A DNA stretch of 64,000 nucleotides from an uncultured Candidatus Peribacteria bacterium (GCA_964558715.1 CAZLFD010000004.1:1257-65256); one strand, 5' to 3'; positions 1-8,439 are shown, counted from the stretch's first letter. The notes: a model not told the origin generated them from the letters alone. Program-made: numbers and translations.

Positions 1-834
1 CAGCAATATGCAGAGAGTTTTCGTCAGGCTCAGGAGATTGAGAGATTAAGAAAGAAGCTTAAAATCGCCCTCGAACAAGGCTTTTCCTTTTCTTCCGCTG
101 AGGATGTTGCCCTTATTTCTCGCAGTTTAGATCACGAAATTTCACGTGCACTATTTCCTTTTCGATACGTCAGATACGGTACCTCAATATTTGGTTCTGC
201 AAGATTGGACAAAAAAGATCCTGAATTTCGTGAAGTCACCAAAATTACATGCGGGATTGTCTCAGAATCTTTGGTGGATATATATACGGGCGGTGGCCCC
301 GGTATCATGGAAGCAGCAAACCAGGGCTTAAAAGATGGGGCTAAGATAAGAGAGGGTTGTAAAAAAAGGAGTCGCGCCAAAAACACAGGACTCTCTATTA
401 CCTTGCCCTTTGAAGAAAGTGCTAATGCTCACTTAGATATTCACGCACCACACTTGACATTTGGCACAAGGCTAAACGAATTTGCTGATAGAAGTAACTC
501 AACTGTCACGTGGGATGGTGGAGGAGGATCGGATTTAGAGAGAGCATTTTTATTTCAACTCAAACAGGTTGGGCATCTTGAAGCGGATTTTCCCTTAATT
601 CTTAAAAGACAGATGTGGGAAGCCATACAGGAACAAAAGATGCGAACGATGTATTTTCAGCGAGTAGCTAATGATCGTACCCCCTTGGTAAGTCCTAAAG
701 ATGGAGAACTAGTCATGTTTGCTGATCATCCGGATGACGCTATTCAATATATTCTGAATCATTATAATGAGTGGAAAACTAGAGTTTGGAACAAACTTGA
801 TACAGAATCTCAAGAGGCTATTCTGGAATCATAG
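1..834 (+). CDS. LOG/TIGR00730-family Rossmann-fold nucleotide-binding protein (5' end outside window)
   Basis: Frame 1 is open from nt 1 (...RYGTSIFGSARLDKKD...), so the TTG start listed at 205 is internal. Motifs 'FGSAR', 'YTGGGPGIMEAANQG' and 'DGGGGSDLE' fit the LOG/PpnN-type signature. Confidence 0.65.
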   Translation, partial: QQYAESFRQAQEIERLRKKLKIALEQGFSFSSAEDVALISRSLDHEISRALFPFRYVRYGTSIFGSARLDKKDPEFREVTKITCGIVSESLVDIYTGGGPGIMEAANQGLKDGAKIREGCKKRSRAKNTGLSITLPFEESANAHLDIHAPHLTFGTRLNEFADRSNSTVTWDGGGGSDLERAFLFQLKQVGHLEADFPLILKRQMWEAIQEQKMRTMYFQRVANDRTPLVSPKDGELVMFADHPDDAIQYILNHYNEWKTRVWNKLDTESQEAILES

Positions 835-954
835 TAAAACTGGCTCTCCTTAATGTTGGATGTTCGAACTGCCTTAATCACCAAGAATAGGTGATGCATA
901 AAAATAAAAACAAATTGACTAAAAAAATATTTAATTCAAGATGGTTACGATTTT

Positions 955-3123
955 TTGACCCGAGTGAAGGAGCGTCATAAAATAAGTATGTGCAATAAAC
1001 ATGCAATTAATATGGGTGGCGAGTTCCTTTCCACGGAGTATAAAAATGCTCATGGAAAATTACGGTGGAAATGCCATCTCGGACACGAATGGGAGCAAGA
1101 CTGGCATCATGTGAAAAACAGGGGGCAGTGGTGCCCCCACCCCGATTGTTGCCGATCATCAAAAAAATACGATATCGAATTTTGCCGAGACCTAGCATCA
1201 AAGAGTGACGGAAGATGCCTCTCCAACGAGTACAAGGGGATATTTGAGAATCTGGATTGGGAGTGCTCGCAAGGGCACCTGTTTGAGAGACCTCTAAAAG
1301 TGATAAAAAAAGGAAAATGGTGCCCAGAGTGTGAGAGTGAAGACCGTGGCAAATTAATGCGGGTAACTAAAACCAGAGAGCTTCAAGAGTTAGTAGCACC
1401 GAAAGGTGGTACACTCTTAACACCATTTGAAGACTGGCGGACAAAGTTGTTGTGGCAGTGCTCTGAGGGTCATAGGTGGAAAGCCAGAGCTATCCAGATC
1501 AGAAGCGGCGCATGGTGTAGAACGTGTGCGCGTACAAGAACCTCCAAAAGCATGTTATCGCCGATTGCGGATGTCGAACGGCTTGCTGAACTGAGAGGCG
1601 GTAGTTGTACGGGTTACGATTTCGAAAGGAAAAAATATACTTTCAAATGCGCATTAGGACATCATTGGGCTGCGTCATTAAGCCATATTAAGTATGGAAA
1701 ATGGTGCCCTGATTGTGCTAGATTGGGATTGGGTGAGCGTCTTTGTCGAATATATTTTCAGGAAATTTTTGGTAAAAAATTCCCTAAGATAAGACCAAAA
1801 TGGCTCAGGGGTGCAAAAGGCCTACCTCTAGAGCTTGATGGATATTGCGCGTCACTTAATCTTGCTTTTGAGCATCAGGGAAAACATCACGATAAGCAAG
1901 ACGACTTTTTTCATTCTAAGGAAGCAGATTATCAGCAACGTCTTATTTATGATGAAACCAAGAGGAGAATATGCCGTGAGCGTGGAATCGTCCTGATTGA
2001 GATTCATCAGGTTACGACAAAATTACCGATTGATAAGCTGGCGGAGGAGATTTTCAAGAAATGTACCGAGGCAGGAATCGCCATGCCGCCCATTGACCCC
2101 ATTACTATTAAGCCGGATCTCGGGCCCGCATATTCGCCAGTGAATTTAGAATACTTCAATCAGATTAAAGAAATTGCTAGGCAGAAAGATGGTGTTTGTA
2201 CATCAACGGAATATGGGGGATGTTTATATAAACTCGATTTCCTCTGTGCTAATGGTCATAATTTCCAGGCAACTCCAAGCAGTATTCAGCAGGGCAAGTG
2301 GTGCCCCGTGTGTGCTCGGATCGAACGCAAAACCCAGCATCAACAGCTACAATATGAGTTCTACCAAGCATTGACAGTTGCAAATAGTGGGAGAATACTT
2401 ACTCCAGCAGCTGAATATATCAATGCTCAGAGCAAGGTCGAGTGGGAATGTTCCGAAGGTCATCGATGGGAGGCAACGCCGAATGCCATACAACAGGGGC
2501 AATGGTGTCGAATATGCGGCCATAAGAAGCGTTGGGCTGGTCGCAAGACCACGATCGAGGAAATGCACCAGTTGGCTATTTCAAGGGGTGGCAAGTGCCT
2601 GTCAAGCGAATATACAGATTCTCATACAAGGCTGCGATGGAGTTGCTCCGAGGGGCATGAGTGGGAGGCTATACCTACTAGTGTAAAACGAGGGAGTTGG
2701 TGCAAGCGCTGTGCGTGTCGAAAGATTAATGAGCCGAAAAAACCTCTGATTGATACGATTAGAAAAATTGCTAAAAGCAAGGGTGGTAAACTTTTGTCTC
2801 AGAACTACCTCAACGCCAGTAAAAAGCTGAAATGGCAGTGTAAAGCAGGTCACCAATGGGAAGCTTCGTGGAATCAGATCCAACAGGGACGATGGTGCCC
2901 AAAGTGTGCTGCCATGCGTAGAAACGACTGGAAACGGCTAACAATAGAACAAATGCGCGAATTGGCAGAAGAAAGGGGTGGCAAATGTCTATCGAATAAG
3001 TATGTCGATGCCAGAACTAAACTCAGCTGGCGATGTTCAAAAGCGCATAAATGGTTGGCTACCCCCGATCATATTAAAAGGGGGCAGTGGTGTAAATTGT
3101 GCAAGAAGCGCAAAAGGGGATAG
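955..3123 (+). CDS. Multi-zinc-ribbon repeat protein (9 treble-clef-like repeats) with central PD-(D/E)XK-like nuclease core
   Basis: Nine copies of the pattern W-x-C-x2-GH-x-W/F-x(9-10)-G-x-WC-x2-C (e.g. 'RWKCHLGHEWEQDWHHVKNRGQWCPHPDC', 'KWQCKAGHQWEASWNQIQQGRWCPKCA'). Four lie before and five after a non-repeat segment 'LELDGYCASLNLAFEHQGKHH...GIVLIEI' that resembles a D...E-x-Q/K restriction-endonuclease-fold motif. An in-frame ATG at 988 is an alternative start. Confidence 0.7.
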   Translation: MTRVKERHKISMCNKHAINMGGEFLSTEYKNAHGKLRWKCHLGHEWEQDWHHVKNRGQWCPHPDCCRSSKKYDIEFCRDLASKSDGRCLSNEYKGIFENLDWECSQGHLFERPLKVIKKGKWCPECESEDRGKLMRVTKTRELQELVAPKGGTLLTPFEDWRTKLLWQCSEGHRWKARAIQIRSGAWCRTCARTRTSKSMLSPIADVERLAELRGGSCTGYDFERKKYTFKCALGHHWAASLSHIKYGKWCPDCARLGLGERLCRIYFQEIFGKKFPKIRPKWLRGAKGLPLELDGYCASLNLAFEHQGKHHDKQDDFFHSKEADYQQRLIYDETKRRICRERGIVLIEIHQVTTKLPIDKLAEEIFKKCTEAGIAMPPIDPITIKPDLGPAYSPVNLEYFNQIKEIARQKDGVCTSTEYGGCLYKLDFLCANGHNFQATPSSIQQGKWCPVCARIERKTQHQQLQYEFYQALTVANSGRILTPAAEYINAQSKVEWECSEGHRWEATPNAIQQGQWCRICGHKKRWAGRKTTIEEMHQLAISRGGKCLSSEYTDSHTRLRWSCSEGHEWEAIPTSVKRGSWCKRCACRKINEPKKPLIDTIRKIAKSKGGKLLSQNYLNASKKLKWQCKAGHQWEASWNQIQQGRWCPKCAAMRRNDWKRLTIEQMRELAEERGGKCLSNKYVDARTKLSWRCSKAHKWLATPDHIKRGQWCKLCKKRKRG

Positions 3124-3148
3124 GGATTTTTTCTTTTTTTAATAGGCG

Positions 3149-3811
3149 ATGTCAATCGAGGCCATGCAGGATTTGAAGCTCCTGCAATTATTGCATCAGT
3201 ACAGAGGAGGATTCGATTCGGGTAGAACTGTGTATCATCCGCTGACCGAGCGCTGTATGAATACGCTTACCGAGTACTACGGCAGCGCGTATGGGGGGCT
3301 CCTTCTCTACCTGCAGGCAAAGAATGAGTGGCTTAACGTCTTTTCCGAAACACCCGATAACAGCGACCGAATCCCAAAATATAAAATGATAGCAGCTTGT
3401 ATCGGGATTTATGCCAGTTTGCGGATTTGCTTGGCAGTCGCTAGTGAGTTGAGCAACATTACTATTGCGGGCGGGAGGCTCAGTGCTGAAGCGTGCAAGA
3501 GTTTGATGCTTTTACTCGATAGTAATCAAGAGTTTGTCCGTGGATTTATAGCGAAAAGGGATAAGCTGACTGCTCATCCGATTACTCAAGATAGAAAGGA
3601 ACTGCTTGATGCCCCCAGTTCGATTAGTGATTCAGAGATTTGTTTTTATATTTTCTCGATTGACCCTGATTCAAATGAAGCAGTTGAAGAGCTAAAAATC
3701 AAGCCATATGAGGATTTTAAGGCCATTTTCCAATATTTGGAATCATTGACTCCTTTCATAGCGATGCATCTCACAAATGGTGAAAACCCTTATAAGGAGC
3801 AACTCTCCTGA
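3149..3811 (+). CDS. Hypothetical protein with HEPN-like Rx5H motif
   Basis: 220-aa ORF 25 nt downstream of the zinc-ribbon gene. 'AKRDKLTAHP' matches the R-[ND]-x3-A-H form of the HEPN Rx4-6H motif. No other recognisable domain. Confidence 0.55.
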   Translation: MSIEAMQDLKLLQLLHQYRGGFDSGRTVYHPLTERCMNTLTEYYGSAYGGLLLYLQAKNEWLNVFSETPDNSDRIPKYKMIAACIGIYASLRICLAVASELSNITIAGGRLSAEACKSLMLLLDSNQEFVRGFIAKRDKLTAHPITQDRKELLDAPSSISDSEICFYIFSIDPDSNEAVEELKIKPYEDFKAIFQYLESLTPFIAMHLTNGENPYKEQLS

Positions 3812-3818
3812 GTTGCTC
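3797..3818 (+). terminator. Perfect 9-bp stem-loop spanning the stop codon of the 220-aa gene
   Basis: GAGCAACTC-tcct-GAGTTGCTC. The downstream tract is only moderately T-rich (tatacgtttctt). It lies between convergent transcription units (220-aa gene and tRNA-Gln). Confidence 0.4.
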
Positions 3819-3874
3819 TATACGTTTCTTGCTCAACTCAAAATGTCAGAGAAAAGAATGGCACAACAAAAAAC

Positions 3875-3949
3875 TGGCTCGGGAGGTAGGATTCGAACCT
3901 ACGAATGACGGATTCAGAGTCCGTTGCCTTACCACTTGGCGACTCCCGA
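3875..3949 (-). tRNA. tRNA-Gln (anticodon CUG), CCA encoded
   Basis: The reverse complement folds as a cloverleaf: acceptor TCGGGAG/CTCCCGA, anticodon stem ACGGA/TCCGT with loop CT-CTG-AA, T-arm GTAGG-TTCGAAT-CCTAC, discriminator G, then CCA. Confidence 0.9.
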
Positions 3950-4046
3950 TTACACAAATAATACCCCTGCATTGTGCCAAAAATAATCAGGTTTTTCAAT
4001 TGGTTTTCCTCTCTACGAATTACGAGTGTATCGGCACTGCCATCAC

Positions 4047-4718
4047 TCATATTTCTGCATCTTCCTCGATTGCAAACTCTACGTTTGTAGCCTCTTCTAT
4101 TCCTATGTCATCACCGGTTTGCAGTTTGTGTTTACCAACACGCAGCTTGCCGCTGATGACAAAAACATACACGCTACTCTTCTCTACATCTTCCCAGTCA
4201 TAACGCCGTGACTGAAGAGCACTAAAATCACCGCGAGTGAACCAGGCATCCTGAAAAATCTTGACCACGTCTTCTGTGCTCCAATCTGGGGCAACGATGC
4301 GTTGATATTTGTTTCTCTGCTTTGCCGGAGCAAGTTTTTTTGGCTGTACGCCAGAGTGGTTTGGGGCGTGCGTGTTTGCACCCAGATCTTTCAAACCTCA
4401 CTGGTTCCATTTCAGAATGCGTAATGCCCGTACCGGCGCTGCCTGCATGTCGTTTGGTTTGATGATCGCCACGTTTCCCATACTGTCTTCGTGCTTAAGC
4501 GAGCCAGATTTAAGAATGGAAATGATCTCCATATCGTTATGCTGATGGCGGCCAAGGCCCTTTGCCGGTGCGACAAAATCATCATTGATCACAGGCAGCG
4601 CGCCAAATTCCATCCGTTCGGGATTAAAATAGTCGGCAAATGAAAAAGTCTGGCGGCTTACAAGCCAGCATTGGTCGACAAGGCCGCACGAATCGGTAGC
4701 ATGGAAGATTACTTTCAT
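4047..4718 (-). pseudogene. Pirin-family (YhhW-like cupin) gene disrupted by frameshifts
   Basis: The N-terminal ORF 4398-4718 carries pirin motifs ('FSFADYFNPERMEFGALPVINDD', 'GLGRHQHNDMEIISILKSGSLKHEDSMGN') but ends in 'MQAAPVRALRILKWNQ*'. The expected 'GTGITHSEM' motif is readable only in another frame (4402-4434). The C-terminal part continues in a third frame (ORF 4047-4394, 'VQPKKLAP...YQ'). Confidence 0.6.
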
Positions 4719-4773
4719 GTTTCGTGAAAAGGCACCCCTGTTTTACCGGAAGGCTTTGTAATGAAACATAGAA

Positions 4774-5592
4774 TTATTTTCGTGCTCCAAGTAAGACCCG
4801 TTGCAACAGAGCTATTAGAATCAGAATCCCGATTAAACTTAGTACAATCGCACTACTACTCGGCACATCGATTGCAAACGAGAGAAAAAGCCCGACTGCC
4901 ACGCCGATAATATTGCATGCGATACTCCAGGCAACCGATTGTGCAAACGTGCGACTGAGGTTTTGCGCGGCCAAAACCGGAATCACGAGAAGTGCGCCGA
5001 CCAGTAATCCACCGATGATCTTGAGCGAAACGGCAACGAGGATACCGACCAGCATCATAAACATCGCTTCGATCAGATGATGGTCGGCAAAGCGGCTACC
5101 CGCGAACTCTGGGTCGATCACGCTTGTACGCAGGCGGTTCCAAACAAGCAGCAACGTCAGCAGAATCAGTGCGCAGATAATCAGAATCAGGCGTACTTCG
5201 AGCGGAGTCACAGTAAGAATGCTGCCGAAAAGATAGGTCTCGAGCGAGATGGGATTATTTTTCGCAAGATGGCTGAAGAGGAGCGCGAGCGCGAGACTGC
5301 CAGTCATGATCAGCATGGCAGCAGCCTCTGGCGGAATTTTGCCGCGGCGACGGAATTGCCACAGCAAAAGCGCACTGACAATGGCGATGACTCCGCCACT
5401 GAGCGGTGGGGCAATGTTCAGAAAAATTCCCACTCCAACACCGGCGAGAGCAGAGTGCGCAAGCATGTCTGAGACAATGGCATTGCGCGAAGCGACGACA
5501 AAATTCCCAAGAATCCCCGCGACAACGCCGACAACCGTGCCCACCAGAAGCGCGCGTAAAAGAAAATCGTGTGAGAAGAAATCAATGATCAT
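4774..5592 (-). CDS. znuB: Metal (zinc) ABC transporter permease, ABC-3 family
   Basis: 272-aa polytopic membrane protein. The N-terminus 'FLLRALLVGTVVGVVAGILGNFVV' is typical of ZnuB/MntB-type permeases. It overlaps the ATPase gene by 11 nt. Confidence 0.75.
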   Translation of the reverse strand: MIIDFFSHDFLLRALLVGTVVGVVAGILGNFVVASRNAIVSDMLAHSALAGVGVGIFLNIAPPLSGGVIAIVSALLLWQFRRRGKIPPEAAAMLIMTGSLALALLFSHLAKNNPISLETYLFGSILTVTPLEVRLILIICALILLTLLLVWNRLRTSVIDPEFAGSRFADHHLIEAMFMMLVGILVAVSLKIIGGLLVGALLVIPVLAAQNLSRTFAQSVAWSIACNIIGVAVGLFLSFAIDVPSSSAIVLSLIGILILIALLQRVLLGARK

Positions 5593-6325
5593 CGGGATGA
5601 CAGTGATGGTGAATGGGAGTCAGGTTTTTTCCGGCTTTGATCATATGCTTTGTATCGATCTCGCCTTTGGCGAAATGCACCGGATGGCAGCCGACATGCA
5701 AGGTTTTATCTAAACAGAGGATGCGCTCGCATTTACTGATCACCGCATCCACCTCGTGCGATACAAAGAGAATGGTGATTCCTTTTTTTTGGTTCAATTC
5801 GGCAAGCAGGTCGTAAATGCGGATTTTTGTCGCGTAGTCCACACCGCTAAACGGCTCGTCAAAAAGCAACAACTCCGGTCTGCCCACGAGTGCCCGCGCG
5901 ATGATGACCCGCTGTTTTTGCCCGCCAGAGAGCGAGGCAAAACTCTTGCTGAGCCATGACTCGTCAAAACCAACGGCTTGCAGCGCTTGTAGGCTGGCTT
6001 GCCTTTCTTTTTCTTGCTGCCAAAAGCCCAGTCGACTAAAGCCCATTTGTAATACTTCATCCACCGAGATCGGCACCGACGGTGCCAGTAAAAAATGTTG
6101 CGGCACATATCCGATGCGAGATTTTTTTGGCGCTGTGATCTTTCCTTTGCTAACCGAGATCAGCCCGAGTATCGCTTTGAGTAGTGTTGATTTTCCCGCT
6201 CCGTTCGGGCCGATCAAGCCGACATATTCCCCCTGTTTCAGATCGAAATCGATATGGCGCAATGCTTCCTTTTCACCATAGCACACGGCGAGTCCGCGGA
6301 CAGAGAGGAGCGTGGTATCTGCCAT
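5582..6325 (-). CDS. znuC: Metal (zinc) ABC transporter ATP-binding protein with His/Cys-rich C-terminal tail
   Basis: Walker A 'GPNGAGKST', signature 'LSGGQKQR', Walker B 'LLLFDEP'. The C-terminus is '...CHPVHF...PIHHHCHPDDH'. Confidence 0.8.
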   Translation of the reverse strand: MADTTLLSVRGLAVCYGEKEALRHIDFDLKQGEYVGLIGPNGAGKSTLLKAILGLISVSKGKITAPKKSRIGYVPQHFLLAPSVPISVDEVLQMGFSRLGFWQQEKERQASLQALQAVGFDESWLSKSFASLSGGQKQRVIIARALVGRPELLLFDEPFSGVDYATKIRIYDLLAELNQKKGITILFVSHEVDAVISKCERILCLDKTLHVGCHPVHFAKGEIDTKHMIKAGKNLTPIHHHCHPDDH

Positions 6326-7407
6326 TAAGAGCAGCCCAGAGCGGTACGCAAGGATAAAAGGTTCGCTTGCATCACGTCAAAATAATCATCCTCTGGATCG
6401 AGCGGTCCGGCACCGAGCGGGTTGACCTGAAGCACGGCCAAGCCAGTCTCGGTGGCAAGCATTTGTGCGAAGCGTTGCACCGCTGTGGCTTCGGAGAGGA
6501 TATGAGTAATACCATCTTCTTCGGCGAGCTCGCTCAACTCTGCCAACACTTTTGCGCTCGGTTCATCCATCGTCGAAATGCCTGCAATCGGGTGGAGTTC
6601 AAATGCATAGCGGCGGGCGAGATAGCCGAAAGCATCATGCGAGACAATGGCTTCTGTGCGTTCGCATGTCGATAGCCCCTCCGAGTAGCGTGCATCGAGA
6701 GCATCGAGGCGCACTCGCAAACGGCCGGCGTTTGCCTCGTATTCGCGCACGTGAGCGATGTCGGTTCTGGCAAGTGCAGCGATGATGGCATCCCCCATTT
6801 TTTGTGCGAGTATTGGGTCGAGCCAGACGTGCGGGTCGAATTCACCGTGGTGATGGTGGTCATCATCATGCTCGTCTTCATGTTTTTCACTTTCATGATC
6901 TTCTTCGTCGTGTTCAGCGTCTGAGTGACCGTCTCCGTCAGTGAGTTCTTTCAGATCATCCCCATCGTGATCCGCTTCATCTTCGTGATGGTCTTGATCC
7001 TCATGTTCGTCGTGATCTTTATGGCCATTTTCATCCGCCAGTCTGTAGAGTGGCAGATATTCCGATACTTTGACAGTGGCCACTCCTTCCGCTTCCAGTT
7101 GCGGAATCACATCGTCGGTCCAAGGCTCCATCTCGGCACCCAAATAGACGACCAGGTCAGCGGAATTGAGTTGAGCGAGCTGCTGGGGAGTAGGGGAGTA
7201 ATCGTGCGGATCGCTCGCGCCCGCCAGATTGATGACTTCGGCGTGTTCGCCAGCGATTTCATTGGCGAAAAAATAGAGTGGATAAAAGCTAGTAATGACC
7301 AATGGTTTACTTTCAGTATCCGCCATCGGTTCCGTAGTTGGTTGCTGCGTACAGGCCGTTAGGCCGAGGGAAAGCGCCACTACGAAAGAGAAATATAAAC
7401 GCTTCAT
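6325..7407 (-). CDS. znuA: Metal (zinc) ABC transporter substrate-binding lipoprotein with very long His/Asp/Glu-rich loop
   Basis: Lipobox 'LGLTAC'. Cluster A-I SBP layout with a ~70-aa insert 'ENGHKDHDEHEDQDHHEDEADHD...EDEHDDDHHHHGEFDPHVW', as expected for zinc-specific ZnuA proteins. Confidence 0.75.
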   Translation of the reverse strand: MKRLYFSFVVALSLGLTACTQQPTTEPMADTESKPLVITSFYPLYFFANEIAGEHAEVINLAGASDPHDYSPTPQQLAQLNSADLVVYLGAEMEPWTDDVIPQLEAEGVATVKVSEYLPLYRLADENGHKDHDEHEDQDHHEDEADHDGDDLKELTDGDGHSDAEHDEEDHESEKHEDEHDDDHHHHGEFDPHVWLDPILAQKMGDAIIAALARTDIAHVREYEANAGRLRVRLDALDARYSEGLSTCERTEAIVSHDAFGYLARRYAFELHPIAGISTMDEPSAKVLAELSELAEEDGITHILSEATAVQRFAQMLATETGLAVLQVNPLGAGPLDPEDDYFDVMQANLLSLRTALGCS

Positions 7408-7416
7408 AAAAAGGGG

Positions 7417-7815
7417 TTATAGACATTTGTTGCAGATTCCCGCTAGCGAAAACTGATGTTCGTGTACGGTAAGCCCTTGTTTTTGCAGTCGCTGCTCCAT
7501 TGCTGCTATTTCTGCTTCTAAACTTTCATCTTCAAGGCAAATGGTGCTACTGCAATCGGTGCAGACAAAGTGATGGTGATGATGATGCTCGGCGAGCTCA
7601 AAATGTGCTACGTTGCTTGTGAGAGTGACTTTTTGAATATTGCCAGATTCAGACAAAGTTTCCATCTGCCTATACAAACTCGTTTTATTTGGCGAGAAGC
7701 CACGTTGGTCGAGCAATTTCGTTAATTCTGGAATCGTCAGCGGACGCTGTTCATTCTGAAAAATATCCAGAATCGTTTGGCGCAGAGCAGTGTTGCGAGA
7801 AGGTTTTTGAATCAT
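7417..7815 (-). CDS. zur: Fur-family metalloregulator (probable Zur)
   Basis: 132 aa with an N-terminal winged helix, 'HHHHHHFVCTDCSSTICL' and C-terminal 'CNKC' (CxxC...CxxC). First gene of the znu operon. Confidence 0.65.
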   Translation of the reverse strand: MIQKPSRNTALRQTILDIFQNEQRPLTIPELTKLLDQRGFSPNKTSLYRQMETLSESGNIQKVTLTSNVAHFELAEHHHHHHFVCTDCSSTICLEDESLEAEIAAMEQRLQKQGLTVHEHQFSLAGICNKCL

Positions 7816-7820
7816 CTACC

Positions 7821-7854
7821 AAAAAATCCACTGCTAGCATAGCAATGGATTTTT
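7821..7854 (-). terminator. Intrinsic-terminator-like hairpin ending 5 nt before the zur start codon
   Basis: The minus-strand RNA AAAAA-AUCCAUUGCUA-UGC-UAGCAGUGGAU-UUUUUU forms an 11-bp stem including one G-U pair. That pair is a C-A mismatch on the plus strand, so the fold is strand-specific. It lies 58 nt downstream of the 85-aa gene. Confidence 0.5.
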
Positions 7855-7911
7855 GTTAAAGCAACTCATTTGCATTTACAAGGAGAGATATTATTATGTC
7901 CTGATGAATCG

Positions 7912-8169
7912 CTACTGTGCCGATATTGGGGTTCTTTCTGATGATTTCCATCTATAGTACGCTTGCTTGAATTCCAGTACTCTTAAGTCTATTATTTCTG
8001 GATCGACTTCTTGGGTACCATCGGGATGTAAGCCTAGCATCTCAGAGCCTGGAATGTTTCTCGAGGCTAGTTCACGCATTCTCGCATCTCTTTCTGCAAC
8101 TACTTGACGCTTGATTGATGCTAAATACATGTCATTCAAATTCATAATCAAACAAAAAGTTGTCGGCAT
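7912..8169 (-). CDS. Hypothetical small protein
   Basis: 85-aa ORF with no recognisable motif. An internal Met ('MNLNDMYL') is an alternative start. Confidence 0.35.
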   Translation of the reverse strand: MPTTFCLIMNLNDMYLASIKRQVVAERDARMRELASRNIPGSEMLGLHPDGTQEVDPEIIDLRVLEFKQAYYRWKSSERTPISAQ

Positions 8170-8439
8170 TTTATGGTTTTTTACTTATTTGTCAAGTGTT
8201 TGCGCAAAGTTTTTATGTAGAATGTGGCAACGGAAGGTGGGCAGCATTTCACTTTTTACCGACACGGTCTGCCTAAAGAACTGTGTTGTTTTTCACTAAG
8301 TAGTCATTGTGTTTTCAAGATGCCATGACGGTGATGAAAAGAGATTCCCGCTTTCGCGGAAATGACACGTGAGGTGAAACTTTTCCTCTTCCCATTTCTC
8401 CGCTTTTGTGAAAGAATACTCCGGCAAATCCCGCAATTC

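Noticed and set aside
877-895. Hairpin ATCACC-aagaata-GGTGAT after the LOG-like gene as a terminator
   Set aside because: The stem is only 6 bp and is followed by an A-rich rather than T-rich tract. This is too weak to call.
915-943. TTGACT hexamer upstream of the zinc-ribbon gene as a promoter -35 element
   Set aside because: There is no acceptable -10 hexamer at 16-18 nt spacing.
3829-4203. 124-aa plus-strand ORF
   Set aside because: It runs straight through the tRNA-Gln gene and the 3' part of the pirin pseudogene, so it is not a credible CDS.
6880-7030. Repetitive GAT/GAA/CAT-rich DNA that could be taken for a microsatellite or non-coding repeat
   Set aside because: It is in frame within znuA and encodes the His/Asp/Glu-rich metal-binding loop. 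It is coding low complexity, not a separate element.
7856-7890. Imperfect AT-rich palindrome (AAATGCAA-atgag-TTGCTTTA, minus-strand orientation) upstream of zur as a Zur/Fur box
   Set aside because: Only 6 of 8 positions are symmetric, and it does not resemble the Fur or Zur consensus sequences I know. Evidence is insufficient.
8170-8439. Long (~270 nt) region upstream of infB considered as a riboswitch/leader, and the 26-codon N-terminal extension of the ORF
   Set aside because: I found only short, weak hairpins and no motif matching a known riboswitch class. The extension ('MTREVKLFLFPFLRFCERILRQIPQF') is not IF-2-like, so ATG 8440 was preferred.
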